Part shown: piece by piece, positions 1 through 11,737 of the stretch | Layout of the letters: each line of letters begins with the position of its first letter | Numbering within the stretch: position 1 is the first letter of the stretch | Assembly (NCBI GenBank): GCA_044892505.1 | Contig: CM097883.1 | Location: forward strand, 73,904,159-73,945,905 | Direction of reading: 5' to 3' | Source: Schmidtea nova | Lineage: Eukaryota | Length of the DNA stretch: 41,747 bases | Notes under the pieces: generated by a model | The model's database searches: none | What the model was told of the DNA's origin: nothing | What the model saw: the letters and a program-made list of their open reading frames with translations, nothing else | Program-made: the position numbers and the translations under genes

Positions 1-903
1 AAAGTGTGATGTAAAGTATTATTAAATAGATTATAAAAAAAATTTTAATGGAGAGAAAATATTATTAATTTTACTTTATCTTATTATTAAGCCTTAAAAT
101 TGCTCAAGTGCTTGGCGTAAAAATTCCAAATATTATCTTTCTGAATTATATGGAATTAATCACTAATTTCCTCTTTTATTAAAAATAACTTAATAGTTTT
201 TCTTTTATTATCAGAAAAATTTACTTTGATTAGCTTAATATTATAAATATTGGGAAAAATATAAAGAAGTTCAAGTCAATTTAACTGTCACTGATAAAAC
301 TTTAAGAATTTTCTAATAGTCTATGAAATAGAATTTCTCTAATAGTTTTTTAATATAAATTTTCTAGCAAAAAACAGAATCCAAAATTAGAAAATTCAAT
401 GAACTCAATATATTTTAAAAGATGAACTAAAATATATATTTTTTCTAATATTTTATGACTATAGATCAACAATTTTATAGTTGCTGAATTTATTAATAAT
501 ATAAAAGCGTTTTCTTTAAAATGAACTGTGACTTGTTAAAAATATTTTTTTTTCTTTTGACATTAAAATAAAAATCTCATAAAAAGATTTTAGCAAAGAA
601 ATGACATGCAACACTTCTAAAGTTTTGGTAACAATTATGTTAAAATGTATTCTGCACTTCTTGACTTGGAATAGACAATAAATTAAAATTAAAATTTTCA
701 AAGATTTAGAGACTCATTTTTCACAAACGCTTTTTCATTCAATTAATTTTTCAGACTTGATGTCTTTGCATTATCATATTTAGGATACTAAATAAATTAA
801 TAATCCTCGAATAAAATTTCCCCTTAGAATTTATTTGATTCAAAACAGATAGTTATTGGTATTAAGGGAAAGATCGAGCCATTTCTGCAAACTGGTGAAA
901 ATA

Positions 904-927
904 CCGTATTTTCCATAATATAAGACG
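904..927 (+). mobile_element. Possible solo pogo/Tigger-like terminal inverted repeat
   Basis: TA followed by CCGTATTTTCCATAATATAAGACG resembles pogo/Tigger-type termini recalled from memory; no partner TIR found. Confidence 0.25.
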
Positions 928-1419
928 ATCATAGTTTTTATTTAAAAATATACAAAAATATACTGACACATCGGGTCATTTTGACAGTTTAAATTTCACA
1001 TGTAATTTATTCAAAAATATAAGAAACCAATTATTTTTAAATTTTAAAGAATTTTTGTAGTGCATAACCTTGTTTTATTTTCTGATCATTTGCGACTAAT
1101 AATTTTTTTGGTTTATATTTTAATGAAACATTTTGTATAAAATACGAGTTTTATTAATAACAGATTTTAGTAATTAAATTTTATAATTTCCATTAATATT
1201 CTTTGATATATGTCAGCTTGTTTCGAGACAATAAGGAGAAAATGGAGTACTTTTATTGTTGAAACATATTTTTGTACTAAGTATATAATGTACCGAAAAG
1301 AAATATCCTTTGAGCTTTTTTAAAATAAATTAAAAACAGTAGTGTATAAAATTTGAAAAGGATAAAAAATCATAGATTACTATTTAAATATGATTAATAT
1401 TATTTGATTTGAAAACTTA

Positions 1420-1478
1420 ATATAATACAAAAATAATATAATACAAAAATAATATAATACAAAAATAATATAATATGA
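1420..1478. repeat. 16-bp tandem repeat (AATATAATACAAAAAT), ~3.5 copies
   Basis: Directly visible tandem units. Confidence 0.8.
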
Positions 1479-1753
1479 AAATATAACATATAAATATCAA
1501 TAAATATTAATATATATTTATATAATGTAGAAATATTAAAATCTTTTATATTTTTTATTAAAAAAATTTATTTTATTGGGAAAAAAAGAAAGTTTTCGTA
1601 TGCTAGGTATTAAAAAGAGTGTAACCTTTGATGTAATTTTCAATAATGCTAATTCTTTTATTTTCAATTCGTTTCGGATAATGATCGATATTTCTTCGAA
1701 AAATGTAATATTAGAATTTATTAAAAATTCAAGTTTATTTTATATTTAAAATA

Positions 1754-1965
1754 ATATCATAATTATCTTTTTGTTTCACCTTTAATCTCTTTATATTTTT
1801 ATCAGTAATTTCCATAATGATATGACTATAGATCAAATTTCTTTTAACAAGTACACAAAATTTCGGCACAAGTGTGTATTTCTGAACTACGAACATGATG
1901 AAGGCTGTGTACTTGTAAAAAGAAATTTGATCTATAGTCATCCATTATGGGAATTATTGATAAAA
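1754..1965. repeat. Palindromic (foldback) repeat family copy, paired arms
   Basis: Left arm ATATCATAATTATC...GACTATAGATCAAA...TTTCGGCAC followed by an inverted arm ...TTTGATCTATAGTCATCCATTATGGGAATTATTGAT; same family as 21546-21684. Confidence 0.75.
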
Positions 1966-3586
1966 ATTTTAAATAATAATTTGAAATCTCATGAAAGTTT
2001 TAATGAATGTTAATCTTAAGAGTTTATAAATAACGTTTTTATTATTAAGATTGTGTTGAAGAAAAATTAACTTTGAGTGTGTCCAATATCAAAACAAATT
2101 GCACGTCTGTAAAAAATTGAAAATAAACGAAATTGAAAATGAAAATAAATCAGTTGAAAAATAAATATTCACAAATTTGTTAGTTTTTTTTTTAATAATC
2201 AAAAATAGATCTGTGAGAAATACAACTATCATAATTTTACTTTTTTTCGTAGAAAATTTTCAAAGAATTTTTATAAATACATATTGCGTGCCAGATCAGT
2301 TAAGAGTTATAGAGCCAGAAAACGGAATACTTTACGATATATTAATTTTATAATTATCAACATTTTTTGAAATTAAAAAATATATATTTGTAAATTAAAT
2401 AAATGCATGAATTTATTGAGAAATATTTATAATTAATCCTTTTAACTATTAATAAACGAAATTATTAAAAATATTTATTCCAAAAAAATATCAGTTGATA
2501 ATTAAATGTGTTAATCAAACAGATTTGATGCGTTGATTTTTTTATTTTTTTCATACTATTTTAAATTTAAAAGTTTTTATTTATTTTATTTTTTTAAAAC
2601 AGGGTACAAACGTTTTGTGTTAAAAAAATTTCTTGATCAGTTGTTTGTGAAAAAATGAAAGTAAAATTATATTAAGTCAAATGTAAAGAAAATTAGAGAT
2701 TTTAATGGTAAATAATGATGTTTAAAAAATTCAACAATTTACCGCCATACATTTTTATAAACAACTATATTTTAACTAAATAAAATGTAATTCAAGTTAT
2801 ATTTTAAAAAAATTAAATTTACATAAAGTTTAAAAAATATTTAAAATGATGTGAAATTTCCTTAAAAAAGTTTAACATTTTTTTGCAGTGGAAATTTTCT
2901 TTTTAATTGCAATATAATTTTAAGTGTCTCCAATTCTGCTGTTTGTTCTTTTTTACCTTTTGAATATTTTCAGGCGTTGTTTTGGAACTTTAGTGTGATC
3001 TTGTAGTCCAATTAACAATATCATGTGACTAAAGTTCTATTGAAAATAACTCGCATACCCCTACTATAATGAAAATGTGTACCATTTTTCATCCAAACGA
3101 TTTTGTTGAAATCACTTATACATGTCTACTCTTAATCAATATTGTTTACTTTAAGTCATTTTTCAAGTAAAACCCTTTAGGACAAAATATGTTAAATGAG
3201 AGACCCTACTATCTAAAATAATACTTGGACTACTAATTGTCACTTCCTCTATCAATTTCGAATTGTATGTATAATATTTAACTGAAATGAGTTCATTTAT
3301 AGAGATTAATGTCCAGAGATTTGAGTTTAGGAAACTATAACTTAAATAAAATCTTTCAAATTAATAATAAAGTTTTCCTTTTCTGTCCGATTCCTCAAGC
3401 TATTGAGGTTTCTAGTTACTCAAATATATTTCTTGATAATATATTGATTCTTGCAATTTTCAGATCATTCAGATCTTGAAACTAGTGTTCTTTTTTCTGA
3501 AATAGACATATTTGTGTCTATTTTCTCTTACTCGACATCAATAAACTTATTTACTTTATGAAGTTCAATAAATAATTATGATAGTA

Positions 3587-5534
3587 GAGGATAGTAAGCG
3601 GTCTGAATCACTTTTTTCACATATCAATGGTTACTAAGGAAAACACACACATTAATAAATAGTCCCTGGAGATGATGTTGCCAGGGTAAACACACTCATC
3701 AAAATATAATCCCCAAGGGACCTGCTGTCAGGGTAAACAAACATCAGTATATAATCCCCGAGGAACCTGTTGCTAGGGTAGACACACACAATAAAGTACA
3801 GTCTCCTTGCAACCTGTTGCTAAGTTAAATACACGTGTCAATATATAATTCCTAAAGTATCTATTGCTAAGATAAACACACTATTGTGTAACTTCCATGA
3901 CTACTGTTGCTAGAGAAAACATACACACCATTAATTATTACCCGTAACACACACGATAATTGTATTTTATTTAATTGAATAACAAATTAATAATAAAACA
4001 TGTGTGCAACACGAAAAATGACTCATTTTATATTTTTATTTAAGCCATTTTATAAGAAATTATATTTAACATGTACACTGCTTATGTGAAAACTCATTAT
4101 CTTTATTACATTATCAAAGAAAACCAATTAATAACAACAAAACTCGTGTGCGGCGCGCAAAACATAATATTTTGAATTTTCATTTCGGCCATCTTCTAGA
4201 GAATAAAATTCTGTCTATAATTCACAATTTGAGGCACAAACACAGAAAAGAAAAAACGGAAGAGTAAGCAATAGTGAGTGGTTTAGCTCAACCTATTAAA
4301 ATCAATCTAAATTTATTACATTGTATTTTAATAATAATTAATATCTAACATTCAATAATTTTAAAAAAAATTTTATTGTAAAAATAAATTACATTATGGT
4401 TTTTACAAACGTGTTGTGTTTTCTCGAATTTGATTCGTTAAAAGTTTTAGAATTTAGTATATAAACAATAGTTTTTAATTGAAGAATCACTTTTTACTGC
4501 AATCTAAATTTGATAAGTTAATTTTTGTTTTAAAATTTTTAAATAATCAACTTATTTTAGATAAAATGAACAACACCAACAACAATATGGACATTGACAA
4601 GAACAATGATTACATCAACAACAACGATCTCGACAACAACATGAACAACGTTATTGGTTACAATATTGAAACATCTGAAAAAATGGATAATTTAATGAAA
4701 AAAAATCTTAACGATGAAATGATAAAAAAAGTAACTGTAAGTGTCGATTTATTTTATAAATTTATTTAATAAATGCAATTTATAATTAATTACCTTGGTA
4801 CATAAATATTAAGTAATTTAAATTATTTAGTAATTAGTTTTCTTTATCAATTTTGTAATTTAGTAATTAATCTTTATTTATTATTCAATAAGATTTGTAA
4901 TATCTTTCATTGATAAGATAATAAATACTAATGAAAACTTCAATTTTCACTATAATTAACTGTATTATTTAAATTTTTTAATTAATTTTCTAGTGTTCAC
5001 TATTATTTTGAAAATTATTTACATTATTTAAATTTGAACTTTAAGATTATAACTAATTATTAAAACAATTCTAGTTTTAATTATAATAATTATAAATTTT
5101 TATGATAATTAATTAATTAGTTTGAATATAACTTTAATTTTAATATTTCATATTTAAAATGCTATTCAATTTAATAATAACGGGTAATAATTAATGGTGT
5201 ATGTTTACTCTAGCAACAGTAGTCACAGAAGTTCCAAAATGATGTGTTTATCTTAGCAATAGATACTTTAGGAATTATATATTGACACGTATATTTACCT
5301 TAGCAACATGTTTCAAGGAAACTGTACTTTAATGTGTGTGTCTACCCTAGAAACAGGTTCCTCGGGGATCATATATTGATGTGTGTTTACCCTGGCAACA
5401 GGTTCCTCAGGGGTTATATATTGTTGTGTGTGTTTACCCTGGCAACATCTTCTCCAGGAACTATATATTGATGTGTGTTTACCTTAGCAATCGTTGCTAT
5501 GTGAAAAAAGTTGTTCAGACCGCTCACTATCCTG
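3587..5534. mobile_element. Non-autonomous foldback-type DNA transposon with ~355-bp TIRs, TA-flanked
   Basis: 3587-3945 is the inverted counterpart of 5180-5534 (ends (G/C)AGGATAGT(A/G)AGCGGTCTGAA); TA at 3585-3586 and 5535-5536; each arm holds 7 subrepeats of ~43-47 bp; no transposase inside. Confidence 0.8.
4566..4769 (+). CDS. Asn/Asp-rich short ORF or first exon inside the foldback element; function unknown
   Basis: MNNTNNNMDIDKNNDYINNNDLDNNMNN...; AAC-rich and more C-rich than its flanks; GTAAGT donor-like site near 4736. Confidence 0.3.
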   Translation: MNNTNNNMDIDKNNDYINNNDLDNNMNNVIGYNIETSEKMDNLMKKNLNDEMIKKVTVSVDLFYKFI

Positions 5535-6084
5535 TACTTATGATTGATCCTTAAATTTATTCAGTAATTCAAAAAGTAATAAATGTTTCCTAATATAGCT
5601 CTTTCTAAAATATTTAATATACACACACATATATATTTATTTATTTAAGTTTTTAAATGTAAATTCGTATTTTATTTAAATATTTATATTTTAATAAGCC
5701 TTTAAATAAAATAATTATTCTTTATCAACAAATTTGAGTTATTTTGAAAATAATTCTTCCTGATGAAAAATAATTAATTATTAATTTTGGAGAATTTATT
5801 TGTAATTAAATATTGTAATTTTTATTTCTATTTTTATTTAATTTAATCGAAAAATTAAATATTGAAAAAACTTAAAAATCCAATTAAAATAAGATCCTGC
5901 TAAAAAGGTTAATGCATGCAAAATTATTTAAAAATATTTTTTTCAGTAACAATTTCATTTAATTTTCATTGAAAAGTACAAATAAAAATTTGAAATGTAA
6001 TTGAAAACAAATAAATGCAGTTTTATGATCACTTCTAAAATTTTTATTTCGAATCGTAATTTGGTGTTACAATTTAAATTTTAA

Positions 6085-6447
6085 CCCTTTAAGGGTGGGA
6101 TTTTTTTAAAAAAAGTTTTAAAAAAATAAAATTTGTTTTTTATTCAAATGTTTATTTTTGTATGATAAATTTCAAAACAATCAATAACACACAACTCAAC
6201 ATCACAGTCATTACATTCAAATCTTGATCGCTTATTTGCAAGTTTTTTTTATCCTGTTGTACAAACTATGCATTTTACAATAGGAAAAAATATCAAATAT
6301 TTTTAATTTTTTCAAAATAGGTCATGCTATATATCAAGATGTGCATCTTTTAATTATCTTTCAAATGATTCCTAAATAAAATAAAATTGTTAATTCTTTC
6401 TCAAGATATTTGAGTTACTATATATAATACGCCCATCCTGAAAAGGG
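6085..6447. mobile_element. piggyBac-type MITE (363 bp)
   Basis: TTAA|CCCTTTAAGGGTGGG...CCCATCCTGAAAAGGG|TTAA: TTAA on both sides (6081-6084, 6448-6451), CCC/GGG termini, imperfect TIR. Confidence 0.7.
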
Positions 6448-8270
6448 TTAAATAAATCTTAATTTTTTTTAAATTCCCGTTACTTGTTATAAAACAAGTT
6501 TTAGAAAATAATGATTTTGAATTAATAAAATTTAAAAATATTTTACATTTTTGGTTATTTGATAAATAGGTTTTTTAAAATTATTTTTAAATAAAATAAT
6601 CAAATTTACTTTATTATTATTAAGTAAAAAGTACATTTCACCTTAAAAATTACATAATTTTTATTTTTTTGTGTACTTTTTAATTTTAAATATTTTTCCA
6701 TCAATTTTACATCATTTTTAGAAATTATGTCTTGCCTTCAGATAATTATTTTGTTTTTTTAGAATTATCTTTTCTAGGTATCTAAAATAATAAAATTTTA
6801 ATTTCATGTTAAATGTTAATAATATGACAAAAGATAAAATGGCTGTAAGTTAACTCACCATTATTGTTTGGGCTGTCTTCTTTAAAAGCTTCTTCTTACA
6901 TTTAATCTTCTTAAAAAGAATAAAATTCTTGTCACTTATGTAAAATTTATTAAGAAAAATATATTAGAATGCTACTTGATTATAATGATGGGATTTTTTA
7001 AAGGGAAAGGAATAAAACTCGAACTAACTTGTACATAATTCTAGTATGAGTTGTATCATTTTTATGAATATTTCCAGAAAGTGGCAATCATTTAAAATAT
7101 TAATACCTAAATAATAGTTTAAATAAAATCTTAATTGTTTCTAATAAATCTGATGGAGAAATGAAAAATAATTCATATAATTTCATAGCAACCGGCCTTA
7201 TAATATTTATATCAAAAATAAATAAATTTATTAATAAACAATTTATAAAAGTGGGAATAATAAATAATATTTTTAATTAAAATAATAAATTCGATTTTTA
7301 CTTATCAATTCGAAAAATAATTATAATTTAAAGTAATAATTATATACTTTAAATAAATTTTAAAAAAAATTTTAAATTACAATTTTCCGATATTTTTCAT
7401 ATTATTTTCTATAGAATTCTACTGAAGGGTTTTATATTTTACGCTATTATTTATTTATATTTTATATTTTATTATTATATAATTTTAATTATTTATTTTT
7501 CTTTTAACATATTTGATTTGAGAAATAATAATTTTTATAAATTTATCCTCTTAATTTTATTATGAATTTTTTATAAACGCAATGTAAAAATTAAAAAAAA
7601 ATTTATTTATTTTTCGTTTTAAATCTCTTGAAAGCAAAATTACTTACCCATTTCATAATGAATAAGCAATGAAAAATTGAGAATAAAATTAACAAAAATT
7701 CATTATCAATAAAAAAAGGAAAATTATACGTTGTAATGGAAAGGATTAGAAATTACCATTAGTCTCATGAAGAACAGGCAGATAGAAAACAAGACGTATA
7801 CATTTCTGCAATACACAACCGAGGAAATTGAACATTAATGTTAGCGACTCCCACAACTGCCATGACGATAATGTCAAATAAGTTCTACATTATAATGGTG
7901 TCTGTTTAAATTTGTATGAATAAAAATTGTGATTTGGTCTAACTTCCTCCAACACATACAAACAATGTTTATTGTAAGAATCTGATAATTTGGCAAATTT
8001 TATTTTTTTCAGTTAACAAATTTTTTTCCTAGCTATAATGGCATATAAAGCGAAAATTATTACTTCGACATTTTGACAAAAAAAAATAAAATATAATAAA
8101 CTTTTAATTTCTACAAATGATTGTTTATTCGTTTTATTTTAGAAATGGAATTCCGCGCAATTTTATATCGATTTTCTTTTGTTTTTTCTAAAGTAAATTT
8201 TCTCAATTAATCAATAGTATAATTAATATTTTGTTAAAAATAATTTTGATTTATATTAAGAATAATAATA

Positions 8271-8275
<5 letters not shown>

Positions 8276-8322
<47 letters not shown>
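8276..8322. repeat. (TA)n microsatellite
   Basis: Directly visible; similar arrays near 11376-11406, 13409-13430, 24650-24690, 34164-34218, 37467-37535 and 40385-40463. Confidence 0.95.
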
Positions 8323-8324
<2 letters not shown>

Positions 8325-9475
8325 TACGTTTAAAAAAAAACATTTCAAGAAATTTTAATTTAAAAGTTTTGTAATTTAATTAACACAAAAAAAATAGTTT
8401 ACTATTTGTCTGGAATTCAAAATTTTAAAACAATAAATTTCTTTTTAAAAATAATTTTACATAATAATTTTAATTATCCAATTTAATTTTATAATATACC
8501 AAAAATTCAAGCAAACATTCAAGACAAAAGTGTTCATAGCATTTTGCATATTAAATTTCGGATTCAATGATCTTATCAATCACGCTTCATATATAACACA
8601 TAAATATTTACCAACTCTTTTAGTCGTCCTTGATTCAAGAACTCAAGTATATAGATGACAAACAGTCTCTCATCAAAATATACATTGTTGTACTCATCAT
8701 ATTTAAATTAATAAACAAGATTCATGCACATTATAACCGNNNNNNNNNNNNNNNNNNNNNNNNNNNNNNNNNNNNNNNNNNNNNNNNNNNNNNNNNNNNN
8801 NNNNNNNNNNNNNNNNNNNNNNNNNNNNNNNNNNNNNNNNNNNNNNNNNNNNNNNNNNNNNNNNNNNNNNNNNNNNNNNNNNNNNNNNNCCTAATTGGGT
8901 TTTTGTTAGTTGTATGTGTGAAGGAGTAACAGTTGTTTGTTAAGGAGAATTTGTACGAACCCAAAAGAGTCTCCCAAAACTTGTTGTGGAGACAATTGGG
9001 GTGCCTGTGTTTGTAAGGAAGTATTTGCAATGAATTAAATAAGTTTTATAAAATGAATAAAAATTAAATTTTACAATAAATATATTCTAATAAACAGGAT
9101 AATAAAAAATCAAGAAAAAGTTACTTTTGTGTGTGTGTAAACGCAGGGAAAATATATTTACTGGAATAGGATCTTTTGATAGTTAGCTTGAAAGTTTTTT
9201 ATATAGCTTCTTTTAATATTTTCAGATTCGATAAAATAATATTTTATTTAGTCTGGTTGAATTGTTGGATTGTTGTTCTTTGGTTAAATATTTCTTTAAT
9301 TAAAATACGGAAGATCCTCGCCAACTTTTGGCTTATTATGATTGCTAGTTAATATTGTTTTCTTTTCCAGTCTTTGCTTCTTTACAATTTACGATATACA
9401 AACTAGTTTTCAGCTTTATTATTATTTTAATAAAAATCAATTTTTTTAATTTCTGTTTTCATAGCTTACTATAGT

Positions 9476-9690
9476 TTCCTATAGTAAGCTATTTGAATAA
9501 AATAATTCAAATTTTATTCAAATTATTTTATTATTTTTATTATGGTAACGCAATTCAGTACTATAAAAAATAAGGGGGGGGGGCTGGTGACCGTAAGGGT
9601 GCCGTACCTAGTAATGACGGTGCTTACGACCTCATACCAAAATGACAGTAACCATCCTCATAAAAATAACACAAAAATATCACATTCACA
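9476..9690 (-). repeat. LTR-like direct repeat, 3' copy (215 bp)
   Basis: Identical to 11162-11375 except a G10 vs G9 run; starts TGTG on the minus strand after the PPT (9691-9706). Confidence 0.75.
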
Positions 9691-10137
9691 TAACTTCCCC
9701 CTTTAAAACCGGAGAATAACGATAACCTAAAAATTAACAAATTACTTGAATTTTACATATTTATACAACCGGTAACTTAAAAAAATTTTTTTTTTTATGT
9801 TTTGTTTTGTTTTGTTTTGTTTTTGTTTTGTTTTACAATTTAACAACATAAATTACATAATTACATAGAGCATAAAAATCTGTAACTTTTACATATTTAC
9901 ACGAAAAAAATAAAAACTGTACATTTCGCTGTGTTGTGCTTGTGTTTTGCTCGTGTATGTTTGTGTATTTTTTTATTTGAGGCAATCACTATAGCGTTTT
10001 TTGTAAAGGGGTGTGATTATGGTGTCCTTGTCGAACAGTTTTATCGAGTTTTTGGAGTTGAATGTGATGTGTTTGTGTTTTGTTTGAGTTTTTATTTCTG
10101 CCGGGGCTTTTTCTTTTGTGGGGGTGTTTGGAGTGTT

Positions 10138-11196
10138 TTAGTTGTTGTGGTATGGCTTAATTCTTCTAAGGTTGATTCTTATTTTGGTGTTGTCTTTTAT
10201 TATTGTTGCTACATTTTTATTAATTTCAAGCAATCTGAAAGGGCCTTCGTATTTTGGTTCGAAACCTTTGGTGAAGGGCTTTTTTATTAATACGTAGTCT
10301 GTTGTTAGAACTACTTTTCCATCCATTTCAGAGTTAGCTCTCTTTTTGAGGATTCCTTTTAATTTCTTTTCTGCTCTTTCGTTGTTTGTGCTGGTTGCTT
10401 GTTTGTTGGTTTCCGCGTTTTCGGTTGTATTGTTTTTAATTGTTGGGAGATTTGATTCTCTGCCGAATACTTTGTATGCTGGGCTTTCGTTGTCAGTTGA
10501 GTTTGGCGTGTTTCTTAGGCCCAATAAGATTGTCGGGAGTTGACTTAGCCAATTTCTGTCGTCTGCTTTGGTGCGGATACTTTCCTTTAGTGTTCTGTGC
10601 AATCTCTCGATTTTTCCATTTGCTTGAGGGTTGTAAGCTGTTGTGCGGTTTCTTTTGATGTTGTATTTGTTGCACAGGGTACTGAATAATTCTGATTCGA
10701 ACTGTCTCCCTTGGTCTGTTATTAATACTTTTGGTTGACCGTAGCGAGCTATCCAATTTAGCTCGAGCTTGTTACATATGTTCTGGGCGGATGTTTCCTT
10801 TAGTGGGATGATTTCGAACCAGTTAGTTTTCCTGTCGATGATTGTGAGTAGGTAGTTGTACCCGTTGTTTGGTGGTAACGGTCCTACTATGTCGATGTGA
10901 ATCCTCTCGAAAGGTTGACTGCTGGGAAAATTTACTTTCTGTGTTGTTGGTTTCTTTGATATTTTGTTGATTTGGCAATCTTTGCATGTTTTTACGAAAC
11001 TTTTGATTTCCTTTCTCATATTTGGCCATATGTATCTGTTGTGAATTATTTCGAAAGTGGCTTTGTTACCTGGATGGCTTATGTCATGAATTTTCGAAAT
11101 ACACGATTTCCTAAACTCTTTTGGTAAGAGTATTCTTGGTGTGTTTTCGTTGCTGACGTCGTTCCTATAGTAAGCTATTTGAATAAAATAATTCAA
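10138..11196 (-). CDS. Ty3/Gypsy integrase (C-terminal part of Pol), N-terminally truncated
   Basis: HHCC zinc finger (IHDISHPG...CKDC), catalytic core IHIDIVGPL / ITDQGRQFES / NGKIERLHRTLK, and GPF module (YEGPFRLL). Confidence 0.92.
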   Translation of the reverse strand: MNYFIQIAYYRNDVSNENTPRILLPKEFRKSCISKIHDISHPGNKATFEIIHNRYIWPNMRKEIKSFVKTCKDCQINKISKKPTTQKVNFPSSQPFERIHIDIVGPLPPNNGYNYLLTIIDRKTNWFEIIPLKETSAQNICNKLELNWIARYGQPKVLITDQGRQFESELFSTLCNKYNIKRNRTTAYNPQANGKIERLHRTLKESIRTKADDRNWLSQLPTILLGLRNTPNSTDNESPAYKVFGRESNLPTIKNNTTENAETNKQATSTNNERAEKKLKGILKKRANSEMDGKVVLTTDYVLIKKPFTKGFEPKYEGPFRLLEINKNVATIIKDNTKIRINLRRIKPYHNN

Positions 11197-11372
11197 ATTT
11201 TATTCAAATTATTTTATTATTTTTATTATGGTAACGCAATTCAGTACTATAAAAAATAAGGGGGGGGGCTGGTGACCGTAAGGGTGCCGTACCTAGTAAT
11301 GACGGTGCTTACGACCTCATACCAAAATGACAGTAACCATCCTCATAAAAATAACACAAAAATATCACATTC

Positions 11373-11375
<3 letters not shown>
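11162..11375 (-). repeat. LTR-like direct repeat, 5' copy (214 bp)
   Basis: Matches 9476-9690; abuts (TA)n at 11376 and overlaps the start of the integrase ORF. Confidence 0.75.
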
Positions 11376-11414
<39 letters not shown>

Positions 11415-11737
11415 ATATGAGTGTGTGTTTAGGAAATGATATTTCACTGCTTTAAAAATTAAAATCTTTGAAATCAGAATTGTGGCATTTGTCTTCGATT
11501 ATAGTTACGGGCTCGGAGCATCCTAAACAATTCATATATGCGGTTTTGATAAAGAAAATATCAGGAAATTAAAAGATTTTTTTCTTTTTAAATGAACAGA
11601 TCTATATCTGAAAAAGAAAATATTATCAATTTTCTTTCACAATAAAACTTAATAAAAAAACTTAATAAGAAATTAAAATAAGAAATGAAAATTTAGTTAC
11701 TTTTTTTTACTTATTAACTACATAATTCATTGATTTA

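Larger units (their letters stand above)
9476..11375 (-). mobile_element. Internally deleted Ty3/Gypsy LTR retrotransposon (integrase only)
   Basis: Direct repeats 9476-9690 and 11162-11375 flank an integrase ORF; minus-strand polypurine tract AAAGGGGGAAG directly precedes TGTGAATG at 9690; gag, protease, RT and RNase H absent. Confidence 0.8.

Noticed and set aside
1735-2013. Opposing ORFs starting MTIDQISF
   Set aside because: Both arise from the two arms of the palindromic repeat; no coding evidence.
3630-3930. CRISPR-like array in the ~45-bp periodic repeats
   Set aside because: Units are degenerate along their whole length with no unique spacers, are mirrored in the opposite TIR, and there are no cas genes in this eukaryotic context.
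9931-11029. ORFs overlapping the integrase, and likewise 15372-16157, 17347-18132, 25846-26410 and 23668-23907
   Set aside because: Antisense or alternate-frame shadows of transposable-element genes with no independent motifs.
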